DNA from: Monocercomonoides exilis PA203
Lineage: Eukaryota; Protista; Preaxostyla
Reading direction: 5' to 3'
Length of the DNA: 64,000 nucleotides
Assembly: GCA_001643675.2 (NCBI GenBank)
Contig: LSRY02000022.1
Coordinates: forward strand, 558,001-622,000
Shown: positions 29,453 to 44,275 of the stretch, piece after piece
Position numbering within the stretch: the stretch's first letter is position 1
Layout of the letters: each line of letters starts with the position of its first letter
Position numbers and translations under genes: made by a program
The notes under the pieces: model-generated
The model's input: the letters and a program-made list of their open reading frames with translations, nothing else
What the model was told of the DNA's origin: nothing
Databases searched by the model: none

Positions 29453-32400
29453 TTTTTCTTCTTCTTCTTCTCTCTCTTCTTCCTCTTCTTCATCTCCTCA
29501 TATTACTCTTTCTTCTCAAACCTTCGCTTCTTCCTCTTTTTCTCCTTTGCCCGCTGAACTCACAAGCAAAATCGAAACAACTTTGAAATTGAACAGATTT
29601 ATTCAGTCAATTGCTTCAAATCAAACATCAAAAAGAAATTATTTGACGAAAAATACAAAGTCAAATAATTCTTCTTCTCCTTCTCCTTCTTCTTCACCTT
29701 CTTCATTTAATTTGAATCAAAATCAAAAACATAGAGAAAGAGAAAGAGAAAGAGAAATAAACCCCCAAACCACTAAATCCAATGAAGAAGAAGTTGCAAT
29801 AGAAAAAAAAGATTTAGAAGATTTAGAAGAAGAAGAAGAAATTGAAGCAGAATCCGATCTTTTCGAGTGGATTGGCTGTGAAGACGTGTCATTTTTCATT
29901 CCCGGCGAAGACATTTTGATTCTTTCACACTCAAATTTTGTTGGTTTGAAGCAGATTTTGAATTCTTTTTCGCAAACAACCTCTTCTTCTCCTCAGAATT
30001 TGTTGTCTGATCTTTCACCTCCTGCTTTTTTAAGCAGCGTTGCTTCAAAAACTGCAAGTTCTTCTTCTTCTTCTTCCTCTTCCTCTTCCTCTTCCTCTTC
30101 TTCCTCTTCTCTTTCTCCTTTTCCTCTTCGAACCAAAAAAATTCATCCATTCAGTTCTCTTTCCACACAACAAAAGGACTTTTTATTCCGCTCTGCCATT
30201 CGAAAGCTCAAAACTATGTCACAAATCGCTGCTTTTTCAAATAAACCTCAAAATTCTTCTTCTTTTTCTCATTTTCCTTCTTCTTCCTCTTCTTCTTTCT
30301 CCTCTTTCTCTTCTTCTTCTCCTTCCTCTCTTTCTCCTTCCTCTCTTTCTCCTTCTTCTCTTTCTCCTCTTTTCTCTTCATTTGACCCAGTTTTGAACCG
30401 AACTCCGTTTGCAACTGCAGAAAAAATGGCAAAGTTGGAAGAGCGAATGAATATGATGCAAAATGGGATTGCTTTTTCGTTTGAGATTGTGGATTCACAT
30501 TTGGATTGGCTGGAGAGGAGGAGGAGGAGAGAGGGAGAAGAAGGAGAAAGAGAAGAAGAAGAAGAAGAAGAAGAAGAAGAAGAAGAAGAAGAAGAAGAAG
30601 AAGAAGAAGAAGAAGAAGAAGAAGAGAGAGGGAAAGAGAATGAAGAAAAAGAAGAAAAAGGAAATGAAGGAAAAGAAATAAAAGAAGAAAATCAAAAAAT
30701 CTCAACAATTTCAAATTTTTCCTCTTCTTTGCCAAAATCACAGAAATCTTTAATTCGAAGCGAAAAACCAAATTCTCAAATTTTCAGTCAATTTCATCCA
30801 CATTTATCTCCTGTTCTGATTTACATGCAGAAAAGATTGGATTTCATAGAAGATTCATTCAATCAGTTGTTTTCAGACGAGGAGGAGGAGGAGGAAGAAG
30901 AAGAAGAAGATGATGATGATGGAAAAGAAGGAGAAGAAGAAGAAGAAAATAAAATGGATCAAAATAACAAGTTATTTAAAAATTATATTCAAAAAGGCGA
31001 TTTGCAAAGCAACAAAATGAATTACTTTGCAAATGGAATCGAAAATGGAAAAGTGAAAACGATGAAAACTTTAAATTCCACAAACAATTTTGAGGATAAC
31101 AACAATATTTCAATTGCAGAAGCAATAAAAAGGGCAAAAATGAATGAAAAAAACGCAAATTTTCTCGAAAAAAGTGAAAAAAATGTGAAAGAATTGAAAA
31201 AAAAGAAGAGGAAGATGATGAAAAAATTGAGGATGGAGGTTTTGTTTCCCCTTCAGAACGAGGTTGTTGAGATGTGTTTGACTGAAATTGAGAACAGGAT
31301 TATTCAACAGAGAGAAGAAAGAGAAGAAGAAAGAGAAGAAGAAAGAGAAGAAGAAGAAGAAGAAGAAGGAAAGCAAAATAAACGAGGAAGAAGAAAGAGA
31401 GAGAGAAATGAAAAACAAAGAGAAATAAATAAGAAGGAAGAAAAAGATGAGAAAGATGAAAAAGAAAAAGAAATGAATATTACACCAGAAAATCAAATTT
31501 CTTCTTCTTCTTCTTCTTCTTTTCCTTCATCATCATCATCATCTTCTTCTTCTCTTCCTTCTTCATCTTCCATTTATGAGAATGAAGTTAATTCAAACAA
31601 ACCTCCATTTGATATGGAAGAAATGAAAGAAGAAATGAAAAAATGGATGAGAGAAGAATGGAAAAAGATGATTGAATTGGGAAATTTGAATGAAAACAAT
31701 GAAAAAATAGAGAAAGAGAAAGAGAAAGAGAAAGAGAAAGAGAAAGAGAAAGAGAAAGAGAAAGAGAAAGAGAAAGAGAAAGAGAAAGAGAAGGAGAAGG
31801 AGAAAGAAAATGAAGAAAATGAAGAAGAGAAAGAAGAGAAAGAGGAAAAGGAAGAAGAAAACGAGAAAGAGAAAGAGAAAGAGAAAGAAGAACAAAAAGA
31901 ATTATCAAATGAATTACAAGGCAAGCAAAATGAAAAAATAGAAAATATTGATGATGAAAAGATGAATAAAATGGCAGAAGAAATGAAAAGTTTGATTGAA
32001 GAAATGAAAAAACTGAAGAATGAAATTGTTCATCAAAAGGAAGGAAGGAAAGAAGAAGATGAAGAAGAAGAGAAAGAAGGAGAAGAGAAAGAAGGAGAGA
32101 AAGAAGAAGAAGAGAACAAAGGAGAAGAGAACAAAGGAGAAGAAAGAGAAGAAGAAGGTAATGAAAACGATAAAGAGGAGGAAGAAGAAAGAGAAAGAAA
32201 AGAAAAGAAAAATGAAACAGAAGGAGAAGAAATGAAAAAAGAAGAAAAAGATCAAGAAATCAATAGAATGAAAGAAGAAAAAGAAAAAGAAAAAGAAATA
32301 GAAAAAGAAAAAGAAGAAAAAGATGAAGAAAAAGAAGAAAAAGAAAAAGAAACAAAACTATTGTCAAATAAAAAGCAAATTGAAGAGAAGATTGAAGAGC

Positions 32401-35400
32401 AAAGCAAGAAAATCGAAGCAATCGAAGAAGAAGTTGAGAAGATGGAAGAATTTAAAGCAGAAATTTTGAAGGAAATTGAAAGAATGAAAGAGAAAATGGA
32501 AAGAAGTTTGTTGTTTGAGAAGGAAGAAAGAAAAGAAAGAAAAGAAAGAAAAGAAAGAGGAGAAAGAGGAGAAAGAGGAAGAGAAGAAGAAGGAAAAGAA
32601 GTGAAAGAAAAAGAAAACATAAAAGATGAAAGAGAGGAAGAAGAAGAAGAAGATGGTGATGATGAAGTTGATCCAACTGAATCACAAAGACAAAACAATG
32701 AAAAATTGAACAAAGCAAAAAGTTTGATGAAAAAGGAAGGAGAAAATGAAAATGATGAAAATGAAGAAGAAGAAAATAAAGAAAATGGAGAAAATAAAGA
32801 AAATAAAGAGGAAGAGGAAGAGGAAGAGGAAGATGAAAAGGAAGAAAAAGAAGAGAGAAATAAAGAAAAGAATGAAGAATTCAACCAGAAAAAAGAAATA
32901 AATGAATTAAAAGAAAGTGTTGAAGAAGCGATTAATAAAATATCTTCCTTTGAAGATTTGTTAGAAAAAACGAAAAATGAAATCAAAAACGAAACAAAAG
33001 AAGAAGTTGGAATGGAGTTGAGAAATGAAATAGAAGCGCAAATGAACGAAAGAATGATGATGTTTTGTGAAGATGGCGTTTTTCAAGCAATTTTAATGAA
33101 AGTTGTGGAGAAAAGAGAGAAAGAGAAGGAAGAGAAGGAGAAAGAAGAGAAAGAGAAAGGAAGAGAAAAAGAGGAAGAAGAGGAAGAAGAGGAAGAAGAA
33201 AAGAAAATTGAAGCTATTTTGAATCAATTGGAAGAAATGAAGAAGAATGAAGAAGAAAAAGAAATCGAAAATGAGAAAAAGAAAGAAGAAGAGGAAAGAA
33301 AAGTTGGAAAGGCAATGAAAGAAATACAAGAAATTTTGAATAAACACGAAACGCAAATTAACGAATTGATAACATTCAAAGAAAATAGAGAAGAAAAAGA
33401 AGAAGAAGAACAAAAGGAAAAGGAGAAAGAGAAAGAGAAAGAGAAAGAGAAGGAGAAAGAGAAGGAAGAAAAAGAAAAGAAAGAAGAAGAAGAAAAGGCA
33501 AAAGCTAATAAATCGAGAGAATGTGAAATGAATGAACTGAAAGAAGAAGTGGCAAATATAAACAGAGTTGTTGGAGAATTTGAGGAAAGGGTGAAGGAAT
33601 GTGAAGATAAATTGAACCAACAAATAGAATATCAGAAAGAAAGAGAGAAAGAAAGAGAAGAAAGAGAAGAGAAAGAGAAAGAGAAAGAGAAAGAAGAAAG
33701 AGAAAAAGAAGAGAGAGAAAAAGAAGAGAGAGAGAAAGAAAAGAGAGAAAAAGAAGAAAAAGAGAAAGCAGAGAAAGAAAAGGAAGAAAAAGCCAAAAAA
33801 GAAGAAGAATTCAAGGAGAAAATGGAAGAAATGACGAATCAATTGGATGAAATGAAGAAGAGAGGAGAAGAAATAGAGAGAATGATGAACAAACAAAGCA
33901 GCATTCAACAAGAATTGAAGGAAAATATCGAAGAAATGAAAAACAAAGAAGATGAATTCGAAACAAAAATTGAACAGAAAATGGAAGAAGAAAGTGAAAA
34001 AACGAGAAATGATGTGAAGAATTTGAGTAAATCAATAGAAATTATGCAAGAAAAGATGGAAGAATGTGAAAATGAGATGGAAGTTGTTGAAAGCAAAATG
34101 AATAGACAAACAGAGGAAATGAACAAGACTAAAGAAGAATTGCTCAATAAAATGGAAGATTTTGAAGTGAAATTCGAAGGTTTTGGGAAAGAAATGGAAG
34201 AAATGGAAGAGAAAGAGAGAGAAAGAGAAGAGTCTGAAAAGAGAAGGAAAGAAGAAGAAGAGAAGAGGGAAGAAGCGGAGAAGCAGAGAGGAGAAGTGGA
34301 AAAGGAAAGAGAAGAAAGAGAAAAGGAAAGAGAGGAAAAGGAAAAGGAAAGAAAGGAAATGGAAAGAGAGAGAGAAGAAAAAGAAAAAGAAAGAGAAGAA
34401 AAGGAAAGAGAAAGAGAAGAAAATGAAAATGAAAGAGAAGAAAATGAAAAGATATTTGAAGAAAGAATGAAAGAATTGGAGGAGAAAGAGAAGAAAGAAG
34501 AAGAAAGAGAAAGAGAAAGAGAGGAAAGAGAGGAAAGAGAAAGGAAAGAAAGAGAAGAGAAAGAGAAAGAAACAGAGAAACAGCCTATATCACCGGAATA
34601 TCATGAAACAAAAGAGGAAAAGAAAGAAAACGAATCAAAGTTAAATGAAGAAGAAAGAAGCCAAATGGAACGAAATAACTTGGCAGAAAATGAGAAAGAC
34701 AAAGAAAAGAGTAAATTTGAAGAGCAAATCGAAGACGAAATTCGAACTTTAAAGCAGACTTTGCAGCAATTGAATAACGAAATGAATGAGGAATTGAAAA
34801 AGATGAAGGAAAAACTAAAGCAGCAAGGAATCCATGAAAGAGGAGAAGGAGAAGGAGAAGGAGAAGGAGAAGGAGGAGAAAGAGGAAAAGGAAAGAAGAA
34901 GGGAAAAGAATTCGAGAATGAAAGGAGTGAAGATAAAGATAAAAAAGAAGAGGAGGAAGAAGGTGAAGAAGATTCAAGCGAAGGGAAAAATTACAGAACT
35001 CAAAAAATAGATGGAGAACAGAAAAGAGAAGATTTGGATGGTAACAAAGAAGAAGAAGAAGATGATGATGATGAGGAGGAGGATGAGGATGAGGATGAGA
35101 AAGGAATAAATAAAGAGAGAAAAGAAGATGAAGAAGACGACAAAGATAAAGATGACGAAGAAGAAGAGGAAGAAGAGGAAGAGGAAGAAGATGATGATGA
35201 AAGAAGAGGAGAATCAATTGATCGGACAAAAGAAGAGAGTAATGAAGAGAACGGAGACGAATGGGAAACATCAGACTTTTTCGATGTTAACAGCGACTCT
35301 AAGCAAAAACACCACAAAAGAAAACATCACAAAAATGGCAAACAAAACAAGAAAGACAGAAAAGATAAGAGAGAAAAGAGAGAAAGAGAAAGAGAAAGAG

Positions 35401-36574
35401 AACAGAATAGAAAGAAAAAATCAAGAAAAGAAGATTATGATGAAAGTGATGAAGAATTCAATGATAATGAAGAAAACAAAGAGAAAGAGAAAGAAAAAGA
35501 AAAAGAAAAAGAAAAAGAAAAAGAACGAGTGGAAGAGAAAGAAAGGCAAAGGGAAGCAGAGAAGCAAAAAATTGATTCATTGGAAAGGTGTGTTCATCTG
35601 CTGAATGGAGAAGTGAATGAGCTGAAGGTTGTGATGGCGCATCAAGTGGACATTTTGGAAGAGCTGATTAAAAAAGGCGGAGAGAAAGAAGAAATCAGTC
35701 TAACAAGATTGGATGAGCTGAGAAGAAGCGAAGAAGACATTGTGTTGAAGTGGAGGGCTTTGAAAGAAGATGCAAAGAGAAAACAGAAAGATGGAGAGAG
35801 AGAAGGAGAAGGAGAAGGAGAAGGAGAAGGAGAAGGAGAAGGAGAAGGAGAAGGAGGAGAAGGAAGAGGAGAAAGAGGAAATGAAGAGGAGGATTCCTTA
35901 ATTGTTGAAGCAGATAGTGAAGGAAAAGAAGAAACAAAAGAAGAATTGAAATTGCATAATCCATTAAAATCATCCAAATTATCAGATCCCACTAGAAACA
36001 AGGAGAAGGTATCACAGCTTATGCCAAAAGCGGAAGATGAAGCAAACTTGGACGGAAAAGACGAAGATAAAAAATTAGAAATGATGATTTTGGATCAGAA
36101 CGAAAAAATCCAGAAATTAATGGAGCTTTTAAGAAATACGATATCGAATGAGAAAGAAAAAAGAGAAAAAGGAGAAGGAAAAGAGAAAGAAGAAGTAGAT
36201 GAAGGAGAGGAAATAAATGATGAAAAAGTTAAAAAGCAAGAGAAGGAAGTGAAAACAGAACTCAAATTGAATGCTGAGTATAAACCTCATTTAAATTCAA
36301 AAGATAATGAAGAACTAAGAGGCAGAAGAGAAGAAAACTCAAATGGAATAAACGTAAACAAGTCGGACATTATACTGGCTCAAAAAATGAAAGTGGTTTG
36401 CTCATTTCTTTCAAATATTCTAATTTTGATGTTTTTTTTGAAATGTTTTTCATTTTATTTTATTTTATTTTATTTTTGAAGGTGTCAAATGCTCTTCTGG
36501 TCATCAGGAACGTTATCGCAAATGTGGAATCTCGTGTTAATGTTATTGAAGAAAAATACTTAAAATTCAAATGA
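27028..36574 (+). CDS. Very large RNI-like leucine-rich-repeat protein with Ser-rich linker and Glu/Lys coiled-coil tail
   Basis: In-frame introns 27058-27121, 27254-27312, 27703-27817, 28315-28514, 28789-28976 and 36396-36481. LRR units such as LDLRQNSITETG, LDLSSNGISDAG and LNLRDNKITDAS. One exon of about 7.4 kb. Confidence 0.85.
28810..28871 (+). repeat. (GA)n microsatellite in an intron
   Basis: About 30 GA units inside intron 28789-28976. Confidence 0.95.
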
Positions 36575-39089
36575 TCAGTCTTTTCAAAAAAATCATTTCA
36601 ACGAAAATCGTTGGAATTACAAACAAAATGTGTATCAATTATTTCTGCATGAGAAACACGATTGGAAGACCAAAGAAGTTCAAAAGATCATTAAAAAAAA
36701 AATAAAACATTATAGTCATTTTGTATTATCACTTCGCTCACGCTTCAAGAAGAATTTCTTGACCAATTAACAGAAAATTTATTTTGAGTTAATTCAATTT
36801 ATCCTCAATTACCTTTATGAATTCAAAACAAGAAAATGAAAGGATTTATTTGTTTTTGAATGATAAAACATGATAAACTCTTTTTCCAGTTTCCCTATTT
36901 TTTATTTTATCTTTTTTAACTTTTTCTTTGGTTATTGTTAATAAGTTTTCCAAAAACAAAGCAAATTCCTTTTGTGCATATTTTTTACTCAACAATTGAT
37001 ATGTACCTTTGTTCTCTTTTTCCAAGAATAACTTAAATTTTCTTGTGTGAATATTTAACGATAACAAGTTAATTGAATTAGATTCCAAAATCTTTTCGAT
37101 TCTTACAATTATTTTCTCATCCATCATTTTAAAAGTTAAAGAGAAATTTGTTTTTTGTCCGTTCTTTTTTTCAATTGACAAGAATTTTTATTCTATTTCC
37201 GAAAATGTTTTGGTAAGATGTTACATATTGGGTTCCAATTTTCACTGTGAAATAATATGAATAGGGCTATTATTTTATCTTGACCTTTTTTCTTTATCCA
37301 GACCTTTTTCTTTTTTGCCATGCTTTAAGCTTTACGCAAGCCTGCGATAAATAAAAAATAACCAGAAATGTTTGAAATGTTTTATTTTCCTTATTCTGTA
37401 TTTTTTGTTCAATATTTCATGTTTTTCAAAAAGATCGAGGATTATAATAATTTTATGTTTTGATCATTGACTTGCTGCTTTTCCAGCAAATATTTTTTAC
37501 AAGAAGTTTTCAGTTTTCATATCATAATACATTGTTTCTTTTTTATAAGTTAAACTTGTTTAAAACTTTCTCAACTTGTTTTTTTAACACTTTTTCTCAT
37601 TTCATACATTTTTTTAAAAAACACGGTTTCAGAGACATGCATCCATTTGTTTTAAAATTTATTGAAATGAAATAAAAACAAATTTGAAATGAAATGATAT
37701 CTCAAAGAAAAAACAACAAAACATTTGTATGTGACGAACAGTTTTCAGATCAAAATTTTCATATGTTCTTCCATTTTGATTTAAATTCTTGTTCAGTTCT
37801 TTTTCTTTTCAGAATTAAATAAAAATATACAATAAATAACACCTTGTTTTTATTTTTTATGTGCTTAAAAATTCAAACAAATTCATATTTGTTCCGAAAA
37901 TCGTGTTTTAAGCAAAAACAGTGAAATGAGAAAAAAAGGTTAAAAATTTTATTGAAAAAGTCAAAAATAAGTTAAAATAATAATATAGGAATGTGGAATT
38001 GTGATGCTGTGGCTTTAAACGTTCGGTACAAAATATTAGCTTCACGGCCAGCAAGTCTTTGATCTGGGTCCTAAAATTATAAAAATTTTTAATATTTTTT
38101 TGAACATAAAAAATTCAAAATTTTTTTCAACAGAATTCTGAAAAACATAAATATCAAGAAGTCTATTTATTTTGTTTTTGTTATTAGCCTTTTCACAAAT
38201 CAAAAAAGCAAAAATAAGTTTCAAAAAAATAGGGTTGAGATAAAATTTTGAGGTCAAGATAAAATATGCACCCTATTTCACCTAAATTTACACACTCGAA
38301 TGAAAACATTCTTTTAATGATGTTTTTTGTTTTGAAAATTTATGATTATTGTTGTATAATCCTATTTGAACAGCATTATTTAATCATTTTCACTCAAAAG
38401 AGAACACAAATTTATTTAAAATTTAGTGTGAATAATGAAAAGAAAACAATAAAGTTGAAAAAATATCTTTTGATCGAGTCAATAACAACAATTAATTAGA
38501 GGACTTAATGATTATTGTTAAACAAATCAGGAAATATTTAGGAGAATGAAGAAAAAACATGTTATTTCCATCAATTTTTGAAAAATTCCTGTTCTATTTT
38601 TGGTAATGAAACTGAAATTTATTACAAATTTGTTAATTGTTGAAATATAATTACACGTTTATAAATCGAATTATCAATCATGAAGTATTTTTTGTGATAA
38701 TTCAAGATGATTTCTATGATAATTATCGGACCCAATATCTTACGCTTTACCAATGTTTTTCGAAATTGATTTGATCAAAAAACATTTTTTTTGATCAAAT
38801 TGTTCAATCTTGGTGATTATTTTTGAATTCATATTATTTCATACATAATTTTCGGTTCGAAAATTAATATTGAATATTTACAAAAAAATTCTGAAGAGTG
38901 AAATAATTTTTTAGACATTTTTATCTTTTATTTTAATAAAACGTATGTGTTAAAAAACAATTATTGTGCTTATTCTTTTTTGAATAAAAAATAAATTTCA
39001 AAAAATCAACAATCTTTGTAGAATTAACACCCCGAAAAAATATCTGATTTCAAAAATAAACACTCAGCTTTAAAAAATTTCATCCAAAA

Positions 39090-40060
39090 AATGAGTTGCC
39101 AGTCATAAAAACGTTAATATTTAAGGAATCAACATTGAAATGAAACCAATAGTATTTATTGCATAAGTCTTTAGTTTTTCAAAACATCAAAAAAGTCAGA
39201 TATATTCTCAATATAAGAAACATTCGAGAACTTCAAAGTGTCAACAGTGCAAGAAATGTGTTTCCTGCCTTAAAAATACAACTCTAGAGTCTTCAAATTT
39301 GTATATTTCAATTGTGATAATGATTCTTTTGATGTTTTGGCTGGAAATCAAAGATTGGCAAATTGGAATGATGCTAAATGTATCTCAAATGACGATTGGA
39401 TACTGGACAAGCGTTGCAAGGTCAACTGCGTTAAATTACTTGAATTACAGAAATGAAAAAATTGGAGGGGAAGGCAAAAAAGAAGAAATTGATGAAGCAG
39501 CATGGAGGAGACGGAAATACAAAAAAGGTTTTAACATTTAATATCAATTTTGAAAACATTAATATAAATTTATTTGTTTTGAAAATAACTATTTTTTGAA
39601 TTAGGAAAGCTGAAAAAATATATGTGGATATTCGGAGCTGTCGAACGAAAAGGCGAAGAATAATTAGGTAAAAAATTTGTGGTCATTTTCCTAATCGAGA
39701 AAAAGAGACACTAATCCCAATAATAAAAAATCGAATCAAGGAAGGAACAACAATAATCAGCGACGAGTGGAAAGATAAAACTTGCTGAGGAGAAATTGGC
39801 TACACACTCCAAACCGTCTGCCACAAACGTTATTTCATTGACCCTGTTACGAAAGCCAATACGAACACTATCGAAGGAATGTGCGCACATCTGAGATCTT
39901 TTTCCTCGGATATGGAGTGAGAGAGCGATTCATTCCTGGAGATTTTTTAACTTTTATTGAAAAACGATCAAGAATTCAGTTCAATGGAGAATTCATTGAA
40001 AAAGAGAAAAATTTTCCATTTCAAGATGGATTTGAATTGTTAATTGTTGAGGATGAAGAT
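39090..40060 (+). pseudogene. Merlin/IS1595 (ISXO2-like) transposase remnant, 3' end interrupted by a hAT element
   Basis: Motifs IGGEGKKEEIDE..RRKYKKG, WIFGAVER, TLIPIIKNRIKEGTTIISDEW and TVCHKRYFIDPVTKANTNTIEG. Probable intron at about 39529-39604; stops and frameshifts. The acidic tail resumes after the TSD at 44343-44542. Confidence 0.85.
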
Positions 40061-43000
40061 TAGGCCTTTGCGACAAGGTATTTTTTCGTTATGCGTGTCG
40101 GTCGATAGAATGAACCTGTGTCGAGGATTTTTTTTTTTTTTTTTTTTTTTTGATGAGAGAAAAAAGGATTCTTTTTTTATCAAATTAATCTGTAATTTTC
40201 AACTTGTGTCTGAATTTCTTTCTGACTGAAAAATCCCATTTTTTCATGATCAAACAATAAAATTTGACTTTTTCGATAGTTATTTGTTGATTAAACGACA
40301 ACTTAGAGGGCAAATAATTAAAATTGCAAAATTTAGAAAATAAAACTGTTTATTAACAATGGAAGATGAAACAAAAACACAAAAATTTTTTATCAAACCA
40401 AAAATAAAAAAGAAATTGAAGTGTGATGGCAATTGTCAGATCTTAGAATATTTATAGTATAAGTTCAGACAATTGAGTTATATAAAGTGAAGAAAATTGA
40501 AGCTATGCTATTTATTTTTATTTCATTCTATCTGTTAATATATTTCTGCATCTTTCAATTATCTTCATTTAACGCTGTAAATAGACTATAGTCAGTTCAT
40601 AACAAAAAAATTGAATTAAAACATGACATATGCAATTGAAAGTTGATGAGTTGAAGCAAAAATTGAAAAAAAGTATTTCTGTTATTTAAAGAAGCAGTAG
40701 AAAAAGACGAGTTGTTAACGTCACAGAGCATCATCCTGTTGCTCTTCATTCACTCCTTCCCGTCCTCTTTGTCAGCGCTGTTGTATGTCTCAAAAGAAAG
40801 AGACTAGATGCCCTACACATTGCCGAACATGACTCACTCTTATTCAGACATCCACTTCCGCTAGCTTTAAACAGGCCATGCAGATCTTTCAGGAGAAAAA
40901 GAAGGCAGAGACGTAGAAGAAAAAGACTGGAACATTACTGTCTGTTGGAGTTGGTGTTATAATTGTTGGGGCAAAAGCTGAAATAATGGAAATGATATTG
41001 ATGATGTGCTTATTGAAAATGTTGCTCCTGAAAGAGCTTTGTCGAATGTTTGAAGAGAATTGTTGAAGAAGAAGAAGCAACTAGAGTGAGAAAAAAAGGT
41101 GGATACGATAATTGCTGATTATTTTGTGTTAAGACTGCAGAATTTAATGGAAGCAATTCCTTAGAAAACAATGAAATGGACACAGTACATTGAGAATGAA
41201 GACACCTTGAAAGAATTGATATAGATTGATAAAACGCAATTGCTGTTGATGAACAGATCGAACACTTTGACTGATTATTTTGTGCATATGTGTTTTTTGG
41301 GCGCTATCTGTGATGGGAGAAAGAATAGGAACATTGCAAGTTGCAGAAAGAACTTCAATCCTATGAAAAGTTAACTGAGAATCAAAAGTGGATTGAAGCA
41401 AAGCTGGAGTATCTAAAGATTCACTCCTAAAAGTTGCATCATTAACTTCCTCCTTATTTGATGCCAGTTCTCTTTCTCTCTCTTAAACTCTTCATCTTCA
41501 TCTTCATCTTCCTCTGTATTTCGTCCTCTTCTTTCTCCAGCGCATTTCCGGACACCAGAAAGCGCTGCACATCTGTAAACTGTATGCCACCTCAATCTCT
41601 GCCATCTTCGTTAGCAACGCAGCTGTTTGACCCAGCGCCTCAATCTGCTTCTCATTCAGCAGCTTCCACATCTTTCTTCGGCTTGTAGTGAATCTCTGTA
41701 AACTTCTCGTCCTGCAGCCTTAACACTTCTTCTTTTTGCTCAAATCGAAGAAGGCTCTGCTCGGCCTCCTCCTTCTTCCGCTTCTTTGCAAGTTTCTTCT
41801 CTTCCTTCCTCAACTTCTGCTTTTCATGATCAACAATTCTCTTCTGCTCTTCCCTCTGAATCTTCTCAATGGACTTGTTTTCTTTCCCTTCTCTTTGCAG
41901 TCTCCAATTACTTCTGCTTCGCTTCCATTGTTGCATCTCTCTGTTTTTCCTTCTCTTTCTCTCGCTGTTTCTGAATCTCTCTTTTTCACTCAGCCATTCG
42001 ATCTCCTTCGTTCACTCACCCTGCTGCGAGCTGCCACAATCTGTTGTTTTTTGCGTCTTATTCGTCTTTCGAGTCATCTGCTTTTTCTTCATTTGTTTCT
42101 GTTTTGCCTTTTTTGTTCTTTGTGTCATCTTCTTCAATCGGTCTTGTAAACAAAGCATCTTCTCTTACCCCTCCCTCTGACCATTTCTTCCGCTCAATCT
42201 TATCATTCCTCTTATTCCTTCAGAAGTACTTGTTCATTGCGATTCCCCAGATCTCCGCAAATGAATACTTCACATTGTCTCTCATGCACTCGTCATGTGT
42301 CTTCTGCTCTATCGTTTGCAGATTCCGCACATTCTCCTTCATGTCGCGCATCCTGCTGCTCCTCAGTCTCTGGCTGGTGTGCTGCCAGATCCAGCTCTCT
42401 CGCTTCCTTCTCACTCTTGCCAGCACATTCTGGATCGCACACTGCAACAATTAACGAAGCTGCTTCAACCCCACTTTCTGTCCGATGACAATTGTGTCCA
42501 GCATCCAAAGTCGAGTCGAATCGACGTTTGCAGATGCAGATGAGGGAGAAATTGAAGGTGATTGCAAAGAGATGTGTAAATCATGGATGAAAAAGATGCA
42601 ACAACGTTTGAAAAAGTTATAACGGGAGATGAAGATGGAAAAGGCAAAGAAGAAAAGGATGAATTTGATGATGAAGATGCACTGCTGTTTAGAGGGAAAG
42701 CCGTTTGAGGAAGAGTTTGTGTCTTTTATCGTGTCACTTCAGTTCTTGCCTTCAGTTGCTGATGCTACTGTTGTTAAATGAATAACTGATAACGCAGTTG
42801 AGTGCAGTAATAGATAGGTTTTGTTTTTCTATTTATGAATTTGCTTCGCTCAATGGAATAGACTTTTCGCAATTCGACAACAAACTGAAAAGAGGTCGGC
42901 TCACAATATATTGTGCACATTGTGAATGTGATGCAGATGATATTGATGGAGAAAGTGTTTACGTTGAAGAAATAGCAGAATGATGTGATGGTTGGTTTAT

Positions 43001-43066
43001 TGAGGGAGAAGTGGTTTGAAGGTGAAGCTTAAGAAATAAATTAAAAATTTTTGCTGGAAATGTTTC

Positions 43067-43106
<40 letters not shown>

Positions 43107-44233
43107 GAAGCAATTGGATGTTTTGCAGGTTGTTTTGAACCTGTAAAAGCACTTCCTGTCACTGCAGCTGCGATTTGGACCAAAAATTATAGCAAAATTA
43201 GATGATGTTCTGGGATGTGATTGATGTGATTGATGTGACAGAAGAAGATGAAGAAGAAGAAGTTGGATTGGAATGAGAAAAAGAGGAGATGTTGGAAAGA
43301 AACGAAGGAGAGGAGTTCATTGGAGGTGGAAGTGGAGGAAGAGAAGAAACAGAGGAAAGAACAAAAAAAGAAAATAAATGATCACCTTACAGATCGCTTA
43401 TCTTTTTTTTTCATAATGTTTTCAATGTTAATTCAGCTCTCTTTATCAAAATTGTGTGTTATTTCTTTCTCTTTTTTCCTGAATTACAATTGAATTCAAA
43501 ACATCTCAGAATTTATGCTTCTTCATTTTATTCCAATTTGTGTGAGATGTTTGCGTGTTGCAATTGAATTATGATGTGTAAATTATCGCAAATAATGTTA
43601 AATCTTCATCTTCAGTTTTGACAATTCAGTCAAACTTCATTACTTATCCATCTTATTTGACAATAAAATCAATTATTCCTACCAAACCTTAAGTGCATGT
43701 TCTCCCTTTTTTGACCACAAATTTGATGTTTGTTTGCAAAACAAAAAATATACTATTATTATGGAACGCAATCGAAAACTGTTTTTTTATTTATATCATT
43801 AATAACATTAACATTTGAAAGGAGATGAAATGTTTTGCAGAATGAGGTCTTGGACTGATTATAATATGTGTCAGACAGATAAACACTCCTTTTCTTTTGA
43901 ATTCTTTCAATTTTTCAAGTGAAAAAAGATATTTTTGTAATAATAGTGATGAAAGTCAATTTCTTAATAAAAAGAAATGTTTTCGAAAAAATCATATTTA
44001 TTCGACAGATAGATCTTTTCGAACGATTGATCTATGTAGTTCGACTGATCTCGAAAAAGATCTGTCGATAACCCATTGAAATTATTAAATATCAATAAAT
44101 TAAATATTTGTTTGTTGTTATCTTATAAAAAAAAAAATAAATTAAAAAATAAAAAATAATTGAATAAAAATGGAAAAACTTAATCTTGATTTGTTGTTTT
44201 TCCGGTTATCAAAAAAAAAAAAAAAAAAAAAAA

Positions 44234-44275
<42 letters not shown>

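Noticed and set aside
29252-36001. Many short Phe/Leu/Ser-rich alternative-frame and antisense ORFs (also 5750-8902)
   Set aside because: They are shadows of low-complexity GAA/TCT tracts in real genes.
36846-37181. 111-aa minus-strand ORF
   Set aside because: No recognisable motif and AT-rich; it may be a TE remnant but is unsupported.
38000-38072. Small GC-elevated hairpin as snoRNA or tRNA
   Set aside because: Only a 7-bp stem with G-U pairs; no complete C/D boxes or cloverleaf.
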